64,000 nt of DNA from Macrostomum lignano (taxonomy: Eukaryota). Positions 47,224 through 59,220 of this stretch are shown piece after piece (positions within the stretch are counted from its first letter, which is position 1; each line of letters begins with the position of its first letter). A program made the position numbers and the translations under genes. The stretch lies in contig NIVC01002882.1 of assembly GCA_002269645.1 (NCBI GenBank), positions 1-64,000 of the forward strand, given 5' to 3'. The notes beneath the pieces were generated by a model. It worked only from the letters and a program-made list of their open reading frames with translations, made no database searches and was not told where the DNA came from.

Positions 47224-48677
47224 TGGATGATGAGATTAACTGTTTAATAACATTTCCGAAAAATAATGTTGGATTTTTCAAAGTACTCTTATTCTTGAAG
47301 AAAAACCTACTTTGCTATTGAAGTCTACGGTACAATGTGGTGGGACTTTAAAATAACAAATGAAAATATTTTGATGAAAACACATCTTTTCTAGAACTTT
47401 ACGTAAATAAATACATAAACCCTATTATAACGTTTGTAACGGGTACTACAGTACATTAATCTTAAAATGCACCAATGAGAGGTTCACAACAAAAATTTTG
47501 TAGCTTACAGGTAAGAATATGTTTTGCTTTGATTTGCTCTTTCTTATATCGCAATAAAGTTAGAATTTGTTTCAAAAATATTGTCTTCAACGACTTTAAT
47601 GTCCTTGTTACTCTACTAAAACATCGAGCAGTAGTGTAGTTAGCGATTTATAACCAAGTAGCTAATAATACAGCAGTAAAAAATGCTAATTCGCATCATT
47701 GTGTACAAATTACTCGTGGAGTATTTGCTCTCCAAAAACGAGCTGGGCGTAATACGCGCTTATGGAAATGCAATTGAGCACAAGCTGAAAGAAGAGCCAA
47801 ACTATTACACTCACATTGTACTCACAGGAAACAACACTTTCTTCATTGTGTCCAATATTTTTAGAGGCGGCGTCTGCTTTATTTTTAGATAAGGAAAAAC
47901 CAGGTTAAAATTCATCGTGTTTGTATTTCCCAGCGATAATGCCGTCTCTCTCATAGTCTTTCGTGAAGCTTGAAAACAAGCTTGCAAAGGAAACGAAGAA
48001 GTTCAACTCTAATTATTTAATTACCATAGATCAGGGGGTCAGAGAAGGGGGAGGAGTAGAAGGGATAGAGAAGAGGGAAGAGAGATATGAGACAGGTGAG
48101 AGAATAAAGAAGAAGAGAGAAGAGAGGAGACGAGAGGAGGAATCGAAACCGAAAAAGGGGAGAGGAGAGGAGAGGAGAGAAGAGGGCTGAGAAGAGACAA
48201 AAACCTTGAGCGAGTGCTATTAAGACTTAAAAAATTCTTTTGAGTGGTTTTGCCCGAATCGCAGACAAGTGCCTTTTTAAAGACCCATCGCCACTGTGTT
48301 GTAACTGACAAACGTACCATCAACTCATTTTAGTGACCCCAAGAGAGACACTCACTGCTGTTACAAACGCTGTTGTATTCTGCGGTTTGTATCTGTTGCT
48401 TGTGTCAACAACAACAATAACAACAACAACAGCAACAAAATACGCTGTCATGATTTCTAGAAAGCTGCGTCACTGGGCGCACTTCTGGGCCAGGTCGCCA
48501 ATCAGAAGCTGTTCTGGGGTGTCAGTGACTTAGGCTTTTCTGTTAACTCGAAACGAGAGTTTGGCTCCTTCAGAGATTCCCTTTTATAGAAAAAGGTCAG
48601 ACCCAGTATTGTACGATGAATAGACTCGTTCATGATCCGAAACAAAACGGTGACCTCTACCCTCTTGGATTTCACCT

Positions 48678-48719
48678 CAAGGACTACTTAAGAACACTTA
48701 AGTTCTTAAGTAGTCCTTG
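48678..48719. mobile_element. 42-bp minimal hAT-like insertion (perfect hairpin)
   Basis: 18-bp perfect TIRs CAAGGACTACTTAAGAAC / GTTCTTAAGTAGTCCTTG, 6-nt spacer, 8-bp TSD TTTCACCT at 48670-48677 and 48720-48727. Confidence 0.75.
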
Positions 48720-48769
48720 TTTCACCTAAGGCGGGTTACTCACCCCACTGCTCTGGAACCTCGTGATAG

Positions 48770-49000
48770 ACGAACTCCTGACGGCTGACGTCCCCAGCAG
48801 CATCGTAAAAAGCCGATTTTGCTGGTTACGCTGATGATGTTGCAGCTATTGTCAGTGGCCCCAACACAAGCACTCTCCGGAACCTGATGCAGCAGTTCGC
48901 CGATAAGGCGCAAACCTAGGCCACCCGGCATGGCCTAACTATCAGCACCCGATAAGACTGTGGCCATTATCTTCACCAGGAAGCGGAAGTGGAGCATGCG
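48770..49000 (+). mobile_element. Non-LTR retrotransposon RT fragment (YADD region)
   Basis: AGYADDVAAIVSGPNTSTLRNLMQQFADKAQT*ATRHGLTIS..KTVAIIFTRKR; stop and frameshift. Confidence 0.75.
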
Positions 49001-49115
49001 GGGGCCGTCGTCTGCGATGGAGCATGCGGGGGCCGTCGTCTGCGATGGAGCATGCGGGGGCCGTCGTCTGCGATGGAGCATGCGGGGGCCGTCGTCTGCG
49101 ATGGAGCATGCGGGG
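48990..49115 (+). repeat. 28-bp tandem repeat (GGAGCATGCGGGGGCCGTCGTCTGCGAT) x4.5
   Basis: Period 28 from 48991. Confidence 0.9.
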
Positions 49116-49269
49116 TTTGGTCTGAGGACGTCCGCCCGGATGTCTGCGTGTGTCGGGCATTATGAGGTGTTCGAGATCCTCCTCGGCTTTGCCGCATTCT
49201 GGGCAGGTCGCAGATAGCTCCAGTCCGATGCGGTGGCGATATTTGTGGAGGCGGGGCCGGTAGCAGCGA

Positions 49270-49635
49270 TCGGTAAAGCGCGTCCAAGGCTCGCTCTCGC
49301 GTTTCGGTCAGCGGCACAGCCTCCATGCCGTACAGCAGGATCGGCTCTACGGCCGCGCGGAACAGGCGCATCTTCAGGTCGTCTCTGGCAGCTGGATTGA
49401 AGGCGTTCCTGAGGAGGTGCGCGGCACGCCAGGCCTGGTTCCTCCTGTCGGAGACAATCGCATCGGGGCTCATCACCAGGGCGCCGAGGTACCGGAAGTC
49501 CTCGCACACGGCGATGCGGTCTCCATTGGGCAGCGTGAGAGTTAGGGCGGTATTCGTGCCCACGCACAGCGCCTCCGTCTTTCGAGCATTCAACAGCAGC
49601 CCAACACGGGCACCCTCGTCGCAGAGCCTTGTGAG
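49270..49635 (-). mobile_element. RTE-clade LINE fragment (C-terminal RT/thumb region)
   Basis: GLLLNARKTEAL...EDFRYLGA...DRRNQAWRAAH...LKMRLFRAAVEPILLYGMEAVPLT. Confidence 0.85.
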
Positions 49636-49944
49636 ATCGCGCTGCTATTCGTAGTACGTAAATAAGTAACTCAAAAGGATGTTCGATCATGCATAATGAC
49701 TGCCTGTCTCATTTGTATATTATAAATTGTGTGCCAAAATTTCTAAAAATTATTGCTACGATTTTGAACGACCCATGTTTAAATCTGAAAATGACGCTGG
49801 ACTCAAAAATTGAACAAGGTACAGCTCCTAGTTAAGGAATATACGCTCGTATACGTATCAAGACACAGCGAAAGATGCTAGCATATTGTTAAGAATCTGT
49901 CTTAAGAAGCTTGAAATTTTTTATCATCCATCGTATAAGATCGA

Positions 49945-50417
49945 ATGGCAAACCAGTGCTGTCAGAAGTCAAATCGCAAAGCATGTGCGAATGTGTAAGT
50001 GATTTGATTTTATTGCCGGTAGCTACAGTGCTACATACTGCTTTTCGATATCTCAATTAGAGGCAATGCATGATACTGATCTTATCAATCCACTTCTTTC
50101 CTATTGAAGGTACTCGTATTGTGACTTTTCTTAAATTTTTTCTGTCCTTTCTTTCCTTTCTGCCAGAAGGAAAACCAATCCTAATGTGTGCTGCCAGCAT
50201 CCGAATTGCGAGTAAGTCGATCATCTGTTTTAACAGCCGGAGTGCATTAATTACTAATAAATATCTAGGAGAGGTCAAGTGCGTTTCTACAAGTACATTT
50301 TTATTCGAAAGATCTCGTTTGATGCGGTAAAATATTGGTGTCCAAAATTTATCACAGCTTGCTGTGTTGGTACGTACAGTGTTTCAATTCTTTTTCAGAG
50401 GCTGCGGTAACCGTTAA
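49945..50417 (+). CDS. Cys/His-motif microprotein copy B (37 aa, no tail; possibly pseudogene); exons 49945-49994, 50167-50211, 50399-50417
   Basis: MANQCCQKSNRKACANVRKTNPNVCCQHPNCEGCGNR*; two phase-2 GTAAGT donors; third Cys is CGC (Arg); exon 3 acceptor chosen by the G-C motif and is uncertain. Confidence 0.55.
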
Positions 50418-51239
50418 TCCAATTGGCAACGCTCCTGGCTGCTGGCTGCTTTGTTTTAAATAAACACTTTGTTTACCAGTCGAGAGCAAACAGTTTTCAT
50501 TAAAGACTTTTGTTCAATTTCTGACAGCTGATCTACAGTAACCACCAATGCACGAGAGCCCCCATCCCTGCACCCAAAAGTAATGCCTGAGTAATATAAA
50601 AGCGGAAACTCTGTCTTATTCCCTATATTGAGCTTAAATTGAAGCTGAGATTTCAACCATTTTAAATATTTTTATTTGCTTCTGTGATTTAGTCTGCGCA
50701 AACTTTTTATTCAAATATTTCCGTGAGCCGATTTCTTAGAATTCATAAAATACATGGATGGATTACCTACTCCCCACCCAGAATCTCAGTAAAACTGATG
50801 GATTTACGATCTTATCCAATGCCTTTCGATGTCTTTCGTCTTTGCCAAGTGCTTGCTGGCTCAAGCCTTTGTCTAAAATTTGAGAAGACGTCAGTTATAA
50901 ATTAAGATCAGTATAAGTACCTGATGTGAGCGCAAGAGAGACGAAAGCTGCAATAGACCAAATTGAAATGTCGCCTAAGTATGGCAATGATTCCAAGTGC
51001 ATTATTGCGAGCTCGAATGACCAAAAAAGCAATTTAGTCAGCTCACTATTTTGTATTGCTGCAAAATGATGAATTTGGCATGTAGCTGGTAGATGCTACC
51101 AGCAAAAAGTCAAAAAGTAAGGTACTGCCTTGTAGGGGCTATGTACCTGTACGAACTATCGTATACGAGTACATTTACCGTTCGACAATGTACTCGTAGC
51201 TAAACTTTATTTTCAGTGTGAGTGTTTCAATTAAGTATC

Positions 51240-51745
51240 AGTAGTGTGACTCTCCCAAAGTCAGTATGACTCTCCCAGTGTCAGTATGACTCTCCCAGTG
51301 TCAGTATGACTCTCCCAGTGTCAGTATGACTCTCCCAGTGTCAGTGTGGCTTTCCCAGTGTCAATGTGACTCTCCCAGTGTCATTGTGACTCTTCCAGTG
51401 TCAGTGTGACTCAGTGTGACTCAGTGTGACTCTCCCAGTGTCTGTTTGACTCAGTGTGACTCTCCCAGTGTCAGTGTGACTCTCCCAGTGTCAGTATGAC
51501 TCTCCCAGTGTCAGTGTGGCTCTCCCAGTGTCAATGTGACTCTCCCAGTATCATTGTGACTCTTCCAGTGTCAGTGTGACTCAGTGTGACTCTCCCAGTG
51601 TCATTGTGACTCTCCCAGTGTCTGTGTGACTCTCCCAGTGTCTGTGTGACTCTCCCAGTGTCAGTGTGACTCAGTGTGACTCAGTGTGACTCTCCCAGTG
51701 TCTGTTTGACTCAGTGTGACTCTCCCAGTGTCAGTGTGACTCTAC
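51240..51745 (+). repeat. 20-bp minisatellite with 10-bp subunits (CAGTGTGACTCTCCCAGTGT)
   Basis: Direct inspection. Confidence 0.92.
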
Positions 51746-52227
51746 CTCTTCTCTGAAGTCCATTAACAACTGCAGAATAGAGCAACTGATGCAACTGAGT
51801 CTGTGTGTAAGTGCCCACCTCATACTCGAACTAGCACGAGTGTTAAACCTAGATGAATTCTATTTCCACGACCTTGTTACTAAGTTATAATTTGACAAAA
51901 CGTGTGCTCTAAATTAAGATTTGCACAGAATAAACTCAGCTTTGATGGAGAAGAAGCAAAGTGGCCGTCGGTTACGTGTCGATTATTTATGGCACAAGTA
52001 ACAGCTGGAGCCAACTCATTGCTGCAAGATAATGAGCATCGAATGAAATTATCTTAGACAAAAATGAGACTCGACAACAGAACGCTGAGGTACTACCGTA
52101 TGGGGTCCATCTAAGGCTATATTTATTGCTGTTACAGTAAATACAGTACCGCTACAGTGCAGTAAAATTCGAAATTTTGCCTTTGACGACTAAATTACGC
52201 GAGGTTCACGGATCATTTGCATCCACA

Positions 52228-53721
52228 ATGGGTCTGTGTTGTTCGGTGGAGGACTGCCCTCGTTGTAAAAGTGTGTAAGTTTTTCGAATTGCGAGACGCT
52301 CAAGGTCTATTTTCTATTCCGTGATAAAACTTGCGGAGATCATCAGTAGCTTAACTCCGCGCGCTACGATAGACAAAGGAATTCTACGAGTAGCCCGAGT
52401 TTATCTTCACTCCCCGTAATATCAGGCAGGCTCACAGGCAGAGCTGCATTATACGCTTGTAATAATACACTGAACCAGACAGATACTCCAGAGTCTGTCT
52501 GGGAGGCTGGCCCAGCAACTGAGGATCTTGGAGGCTGGCCCAGCAACTGAGGATCTGGGAGGCTGGCCCAGCAACTGAGGATCTGGGAGGCTGGCCCAGC
52601 AACTGAGGATCTGGGAGGCTGGCCCAGCAACTGAGGATCTGGGAGGCTGGCTTAGCAACAGAGGATCTGGGAGGCTGGCCCAGCAACTGAGGAACTGGGA
52701 GGCTGGCCCAGTAACTGACACTCTGGGAGGCTGGCCCAGCAACTGAGGATCTGGGAGGCTGGCCCAGCAACTGAGGATCTGGGAGGCTGGCCCAGCAACT
52801 GAGGAACTGGGAGGCTGGCCCAGTAACTGAGGATCTGGGAGGCTGGCCCAGCAACTGAGGATCTGGGAGGCTGGCCCAGCAATCAGAGTCTGGAGTATTT
52901 CATTGTTTTGTTGTATTATTATATATTTGAATCAATGTCAAAGCTCTGTGGCATGCGGTCATTTAAGCATTAATTACCAATAAAATATCCCACAAAGTAT
53001 TGCATTTTCCCTATTGTTAATTCGTTAATTAAGCCGTCTCTCCAGTAGCCCATCTGACTCCCACAGTAGCCCAACTGACTCCCTTCCACAGTAGCCAATC
53101 TGACTCTCAGTATTAGTCGGACTTGCCATTTAGCATTCCGACCGCATAACTATGATTCCTCAAATTCATTTCGCAATCGTAAAGTTGCTTCTATATGAAC
53201 AGAATAATGTTCAGGTGAACTGGTAAAGTTATCAATATGAAATATACATTTAAGCGGTGCGAGAAAAGTTTTAGAGAAATCAATATTTCATTTATAGATA
53301 TATGTACTGGTCCTAAAAAACCTCCCTTCCCTATAGTTGGTACTGGATCCTCTCGTGTTCCATTGACCCTGCCATACTCGTATGCCTCTGAAAACCGGTT
53401 ATTTAAAATTATGACAATTTTAGAAGAGACGAACGCGAACGCCGCGACGGCTAACGTGATGGATGCTGCAAACACCCAAACAAAAAGTACGCTGTTTTGT
53501 TTATCTGCGCAGAATCGCCAGCCCGAAACTCTTTCCCCTACATGCACAATGCTACTCATTTCAGTGGCTGCGAACCCGCTACATACAGTGTTGAACCTAA
53601 AATACTGGCGCCCAATGCCGGCGATGCTGCCATCGATGCTGGAGTTCCAATCAGGGAGCCAACTCTAGCGAGCAACGGTGAAGCGGATGACACAGTTTAC
53701 TTCAACAGCGATATAATCTAG
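52228..53721 (+). pseudogene. Cys/His-motif microprotein copy C (acidic tail) with in-frame stop; exons 52228-52274, 53424-53486, 53565-53721
   Basis: MGLCCSVEDCPRCKSVRDERERRDG*RDGCCKHPNKNGCEPATYSVEPKILAPNAGDAAIDAGVP...; TAA at 53452-53454 inside a duplicated RDG; phase-2 introns. Confidence 0.7.
52498..52883 (+). repeat. 28-bp minisatellite (CTGGGAGGCTGGCCCAGCAACTGAGGAT), locus 2
   Basis: About 14 copies; flanked by direct repeat CAGAGTCTG. Confidence 0.93.
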
Positions 53722-54606
53722 CAGTGTCATTTTTGATGTCGCAAGGCTAGCAACAGCTGACTAACAACAGCGGTGTTTTAGTTGTCCCTACATGATACCG
53801 TAGTAACACATCTAACTTTTAGTAAGCTGTTTTGTCATCAGATCCATGAGTCGGCAGGTGCATGTGCAAGCTTAATTTCTTTAGCACTTATTTAGAAAAA
53901 CAAACCGTCTGAGTTCTCGCAGTCTCAGGGTATCTAAGTAATCTCGGCTTCAGTAACTACTCGATAATTAACTGCATCCTGGTGATGCCATCTGGTTACA
54001 CATTTAGTTGTAGCGTAGCATTGGTAATGCTGCATCTAAAAGCTTTGATCTTCTCTTGGCAGTTCTCCTCCTCCGTGTACCCCGCCAGCGCTTCCTCACA
54101 GACTCGCTAACACTTCCCCGATTCTTTGGGAAAAAAGATTTGAAATTAAACTTAATACTCTCACTCACTACCTCATCAGAAGCACCGCACACACATCGGA
54201 TTAATAATTTCACCCAGAATATAGCAACTCTGCCAGAACATTGACAAACACAATCTGCTGATGACTGATCTACTGAGCAGGATAGGTAAGTCTCGATAGT
54301 CACATACGCTCGTATTTTGTCTGAAGCGTAGAAAAATATAGAGAGGTGCTGCAATTTTCGGCAGATTACCTTCAAACAGCATGAGCCGACACTGCTAGTT
54401 AAGTGATCAGTGATCAATTCTGTCAATTGCAAAACCTGCAGAGTTGATGAACTAAGCTGCTTGAGTCTTTTACAAACTATACTCAGATGGCTCACTTCAG
54501 CTTCAACTCGAGCAGAAAAGCGCCAGCTTCAAATGGAACCGGCAAACAAAAGCAAAATCGTCACAGGGCTGTACAGACTCCAATCTAACATTCCTGCTCA
54601 AGACTG

Positions 54607-55020
54607 ATGCAGATCTCCAGACTACTCAAGGCACTGCTGATTCTGCAGACCCTTCAGTCAGTGACGGCTTCATGCCCTGCTTCGTTTCAACTCGAATCCA
54701 GCAGGTGCGTGTTTGTTAAAATGGCCCACAATTACACCTGGTGCGAGGCCAATCAACGATGCCAGGAGATGGGAGGCGAGCTGTTGAACCAGTACGAATC
54801 GTTGAAGGTGCTGGATCATATGCCCAGCGTGAGCTGCACTCACTGCAGGCTGTGGTTCGGACTGAGCGACCTGGCCGATGAGACAGACACCAAAAGGGGG
54901 GGGGGGGCTGGCAGCGGATCAATGACAATGGAAAGCTGCCTTACTACGCCTCACTGTGGTACGTTAATGCAAGTGAAATTCATCGATAAACCGAACTTGC
55001 GCGGATTCGTCTGCGAGTCG
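54607..55020 (+). pseudogene. Truncated, frameshifted duplicate of the C-type lectin at 46480
   Basis: Near-identical N-terminal half; frameshift at the G12 run 54896-54907; internal deletion; C-terminal module missing; upstream ~54260-54600 also matches ~46060-46470. Confidence 0.8.
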
Positions 55021-55069
55021 AACGGAATCGTCATCAACAATGCCAGTTGTCAGTTAGTTCTTTAAGGCA

Positions 55070-55315
55070 GCAGAGTCACAGGGCGCGTCTTCGGGCCCTG
55101 TGCGAACGTAGGTCGAGAGCGGGGCGTCTGCGTCAGCCAGCAGGCAGTCGATGAGACACAAAGTATCCTCGCCAGTAGGGTGCCTGCAGCGTCAGCAGTA
55201 GCACCTCCTGTACCAGCTGTGGGCAGTACGACTCGGTGCACGGGATGATGTGCCCTGACAGCTGGAGTCGCCGACGGCCGCAACAATTCGCTCTGGAACG
55301 GACGAGGCGTGTGGT
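55070..55315 (-). mobile_element. RTE-clade LINE fragment
   Basis: RRRLQLSGHIIPCTESYCPQLVQEVLLLTLQAP, homologous to 36880-36990. Confidence 0.75.
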
Positions 55316-55569
55316 TCTACGACAACTGCCTGCGCGACAACTGCCTGCGGCGACAGCTGACTGCAAGCTGAGCTTGTTCAGCAACTCAGAGCGCAACATC
55401 ATAGTTATTATTTGTAATTAGAAAAAATATAAAATACCAAACAGAGAAATAGGAAACAGGCTTTAGTGTATTGAATTCAAAATTATATGTTTTATATTTT
55501 TTTATTTAGCTACACGATTTTAAGTCGACAGAAACTATTTGCTACGACTACAGTACATTGGTTCAATGA

Positions 55570-56900
55570 CAATGATTTTAACATGACGCTTCTATGATTG
55601 TTTACATGACGCTTTTATGATTTTAACATGACGCTTCTATGATTGTTTACATGACGCTTCTATGATTGTTTACATGACGCTTCTATGATTGTTTACATGA
55701 CGCTTCTATGATTGTTTACATGACGCTTTTATGATTTTAACATGACGCTTCTATGATTGTTTACATGACGCTTTTATGATTTTAACATGACGCTTCTATG
55801 ATTGTTTACATGACGCTTCTATGATTGTTTACATGACGCTTCTATGATTGTTTACATGACGCTTCTATGATTGTTTACATGACGCTTTTATGATTTTAAC
55901 ATGACGCTTCTATGATTGTTTACATGACGCTTTTATGATTTTAACATGACGCTTCTATGATTGTTTACATGACGCTTCTATGATTGTTTACATGACGCTT
56001 CTATGATTGTTTACATGACGCTTCTATGATTGTTTACATGACGCTTCTATGATTGTTTACACTACGCTTCTATGATTGTTTACATGACGCTTTTATGATT
56101 TTAACATGACGCTTCTATGATTTTTTACATGACGCTTTTATGATTTTAACAAGACGCTTCTATGATTGTTTACATGACGCTTTTATGATTTTAACAGGAC
56201 GCTTCTATGATTGTTTACATGACGCTTTTATGATTGTTTACATGACGCTTCTATGATTGTTTACATGACGCTTCTATGATTGTTTACATGACGCTTTTAT
56301 GATTTTAACATGACGCTTCTATGATTGTTTACATCACACTTTTATGATTTTAACATGACGCTTCTATGATTGTTTACATGACGCTTCTATGATTTTTTAC
56401 ATGACGCTTCTATGATTGTTTACATGACGCTTTTATGATTTTAACATGACGCTTCTATGACTGTTTACATGACGCTTCTATGATTGTTTACATGACGCTT
56501 CTATGATTGTTTACATGACGCTTCTATGATTGTTTACATGACGCTTCTATGGTTGTTTACATGACGCTTCTATGATTGTTTACATGACGCTTCTATGATT
56601 GTTTACATGACGCTTCTATGATTGTTTACATGACGCTTCTATGATTGTTTACATGACGCTTTTATGATTTTAACATGACGCTTCTATGATTTTTTACATG
56701 ACGCTTTTATGATTTTAACAAGACGCTTCTATGATTGTTTACATGACGCTTTTATGATTTTAACATGACGCTTCTATGATTGTTTACATGACGCTTCTAT
56801 GATTGTTTACATGACGCTTCTATGATTGTTTACATGACGCTTCTATGATTGTTTACATGACGCTTCTATGATTGTTTGCAGGACGCTTTTATGATTTAAG
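55570..56900 (+). repeat. 22/23-bp satellite (CATGACGCTTCTATGATTGTTTA / CATGACGCTTTTATGATTTTAA)
   Basis: About 58 copies of two variant units. Confidence 0.96.
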
Positions 56901-56927
56901 CAACAGGGAACACACGCACAAATAAAG

Positions 56928-57252
56928 TTGTCGTCGCAGGCAGTTGTCGTCTCAGGCAGTTGTCGTCGCAGGCAGTTGTCGTCGCAGGCAGTTGTCGTCG
57001 CAGGCAGTTGTTGTCGCAGGCAGTTGTCGTCGCAGGCAGTTGTCGTCGCAGGCAGTTGTCGTCGCAGGCAGTTGTCGTCGCAGACAGTTGTCGTCGCAGG
57101 CAGTTGTCGTCGCAGGCAGTTGTCGTCGCAGGCAGTTGTCGTCGCAGGCAGTTGTCGTCGCAGACAGTTGTCGTCGCAGGCAGTTGTCGTCGCAGGCAGT
57201 TGTCGTCGCAGGCAGTTGTCGTCGCAGGCAGTTGTCGTCGCAGGCAGTTGTC
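56928..57252 (+). repeat. 16-bp minisatellite (CGCAGGCAGTTGTCGT)
   Basis: About 20 copies; reverse complement occurs 2-3 times at 55320-55355. Confidence 0.93.
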
Positions 57253-57365
57253 GTGCTATCCAGGCGTGCGGGGCGTACAGTTTCGCGTTGGAAACTGGCT
57301 CGGCCAGCGTGCGCCGCGTCAACTTGCTGTTTAAGCGAGTCTGTCAGCATCCAAGTCTCGAAATT
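57253..57365 (-). mobile_element. RTE-clade LINE fragment
   Basis: LTDSLKQQVDAAH...VSNAKLY segment of the RTE C-terminal domain. Confidence 0.6.
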
Positions 57366-57599
57366 CTAAAATAGGACGGTCTTGACCACCACCTGGAACA
57401 ACTCCGCCCTCTGACGGTCAGATCTTAGACTACAAGACAGCCCTCACAGAACGAGAGGCAGTCTTAATAACCCAACGGCAACGCCAAAGATTCTCGCGGG
57501 TGTTAGGAATCAGACCGACAATGTAGACGAACGATCCTGTCATCGCAGAAGTGGCGTTGCCTTGCGCATTTTAGCAAGCAGGCAAGATATTCTTCGTGC

Positions 57600-57860
57600 T
57601 GACCATCAAGCAAATTTAGCTTGTCTAAGACAGCAGCGCTAGGCAAGCACGCTGAGCCGCCTCTCTGCTTTGCGTCGACTCATGCATCACCGCTCCAGAA
57701 AGCCATATTAGTTGGTAAGAGAACAGTCCTGTTTTGCGAGTACGACAACGAAGATGCTCAGCATTTCGTCTGTCAATGCCCGTTCTTCACCAGGGAGCGG
57801 CTGAACCACCTCGGTCCAAACCCATCTATCGATGATGTTTGTAGACCCTAGAACATCTCA
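57600..57860 (+). mobile_element. Degenerate LINE ORF2 3' end with Cys/His knuckle
   Basis: LGKH...LFCEYDNEDAQHFVCQCPFFTRERLNHLG resembles the C-x-C...E...H...CP...R end of I/R1-group ORF2. Confidence 0.6.
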
Positions 57861-57889
57861 CGGCTCGTCCGGTTCCTTCGGGCAACTAG

Positions 57890-58070
57890 ACGAGCCTCTT
57901 TCTTCCCGAATGAAGAAAACGCTGCAGGACGTACTGGCGGACCGCCCTGACTGGCCCCGCACCATTGCCGAAGCGGGCGGGACACCAGGGTTTAAGTAGC
58001 GGAATGGGCGACTCTCGCCTCCCCTCTGCGTCTTCGGACTGCCCTGCAGTTAAGTCCAGTAAGTAAGTCA
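57890..58070 (+). mobile_element. RTE-like LINE 3' end with (GTAA)n tail
   Basis: KTLQDVLADRPDWP; 3' UTR matches the 11381-11501 insert. Confidence 0.6.
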
Positions 58071-58139
58071 GAGCAGTCCTCAAGCATTCAGTCAAGCATC
58101 AAATCTCCCTGAAACAGCCCAGAGGATGTCTCGAATAGG

Positions 58140-58440
58140 TCTCATATGTCGTTCAGTGTTGCCAGGACAGTTTTCGTGTCACTGTTCATTGGTGTGACAG
58201 GTGCTCTAGAACGTTTTACGCACGGAGCTCCTTCGGGAGCACTGCCCTGACGACGGAGTCGAATTCCTGGGTGAAATTTATAAAAATAACAATCGTAGGA
58301 TCGACTGGTCCGCGGCTCCTCGATGACTGGATAAAGAGCCAGGATCTGTGCCATTGTGCCGCGATGGTGCCGGAACCCGTTTTGTTGAGGGCACTTGTGC
58401 GGATCCAGCAGGGGCTGCAACCGCGATGGTTGCGAAACAG
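58140..58440 (-). mobile_element. Degenerate LINE RT fragment (domains 2-3)
   Basis: QPLLDPH..PQQNGFRHHRGTMAQILAL...IEE; frameshifted FTQEFDSV (KAFDSV-like). Confidence 0.7.
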
Positions 58441-59220
58441 TGCAGAAACGAAGACAGATGACTCGTGTCTCTATATAAGTAAAGTAACACTGTTCGTTTC
58501 TTGACTTGTGCTCATAGATTGCAGCTACTTTATACAGATACTACTGCTTGAATTTCTAAAGTAGTGTATAAATATATAGCTCGTACGCTCGAAAAGCGAT
58601 AAAAAGCGATAAAGATTGAAATTAGCAGCTACAGTGGCTAAGAGCAGTGGGTTAGAAAACTACCAACCCAAGGAGTTGTGGACGATAGGTGGTACAATAA
58701 AAGGACGACGCAAATGCGCAATACGAGCTAGTACTTGCCGCGTTCTATTTAGCCCTCGCGTTTAGGCTATATTTAGATCTGGGGAAGTACCTGATTTGGA
58801 TTCTCCAGCAGTAACTCGTACTAAACTGCTCTTTACGCAATTGAGAAGGATATAAATCTTCTACGTGATTTTGTAGACCTTAAAAGATGTGTGCTGTAAA
58901 TGCCTCAACAATATGACTGCTGATTGTACGCTCGTATGTCACATTTAGTTAAGAAAGTTATCTTTCCAGCAATTAATTTTTGTCATATTAACCATGCGTA
59001 TGATGTCATGGAGCTTGATCAAGAGCAAAAATTATCAATAACCTTTTACGTGCTAATTCTTCTCTACTTAACGGTTCCGAGGATAGATAAAAATGGGATG
59101 CTTTTCCCTTGATTTCCCCCAATTTTCGGTAACGATACATTACTTACAAGAGGTCACTAAAAACCAGGCGGCATTGATAAAAGTGGTAGCAAGACTGAGA
59201 GTCAGGAGGAGGACAAAGAC

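Noticed and set aside
47683-47892. 69-aa ORF with protein-like composition
   Set aside because: No recognisable motif and no supporting splice structure
53191-53680. Minus-strand ORF with a TM-like stretch
   Set aside because: Antisense to microprotein copy C; the homologous frame at 63120-63390 contains a stop and loses the hydrophobic stretch, whereas the + strand splice sites and stop are conserved
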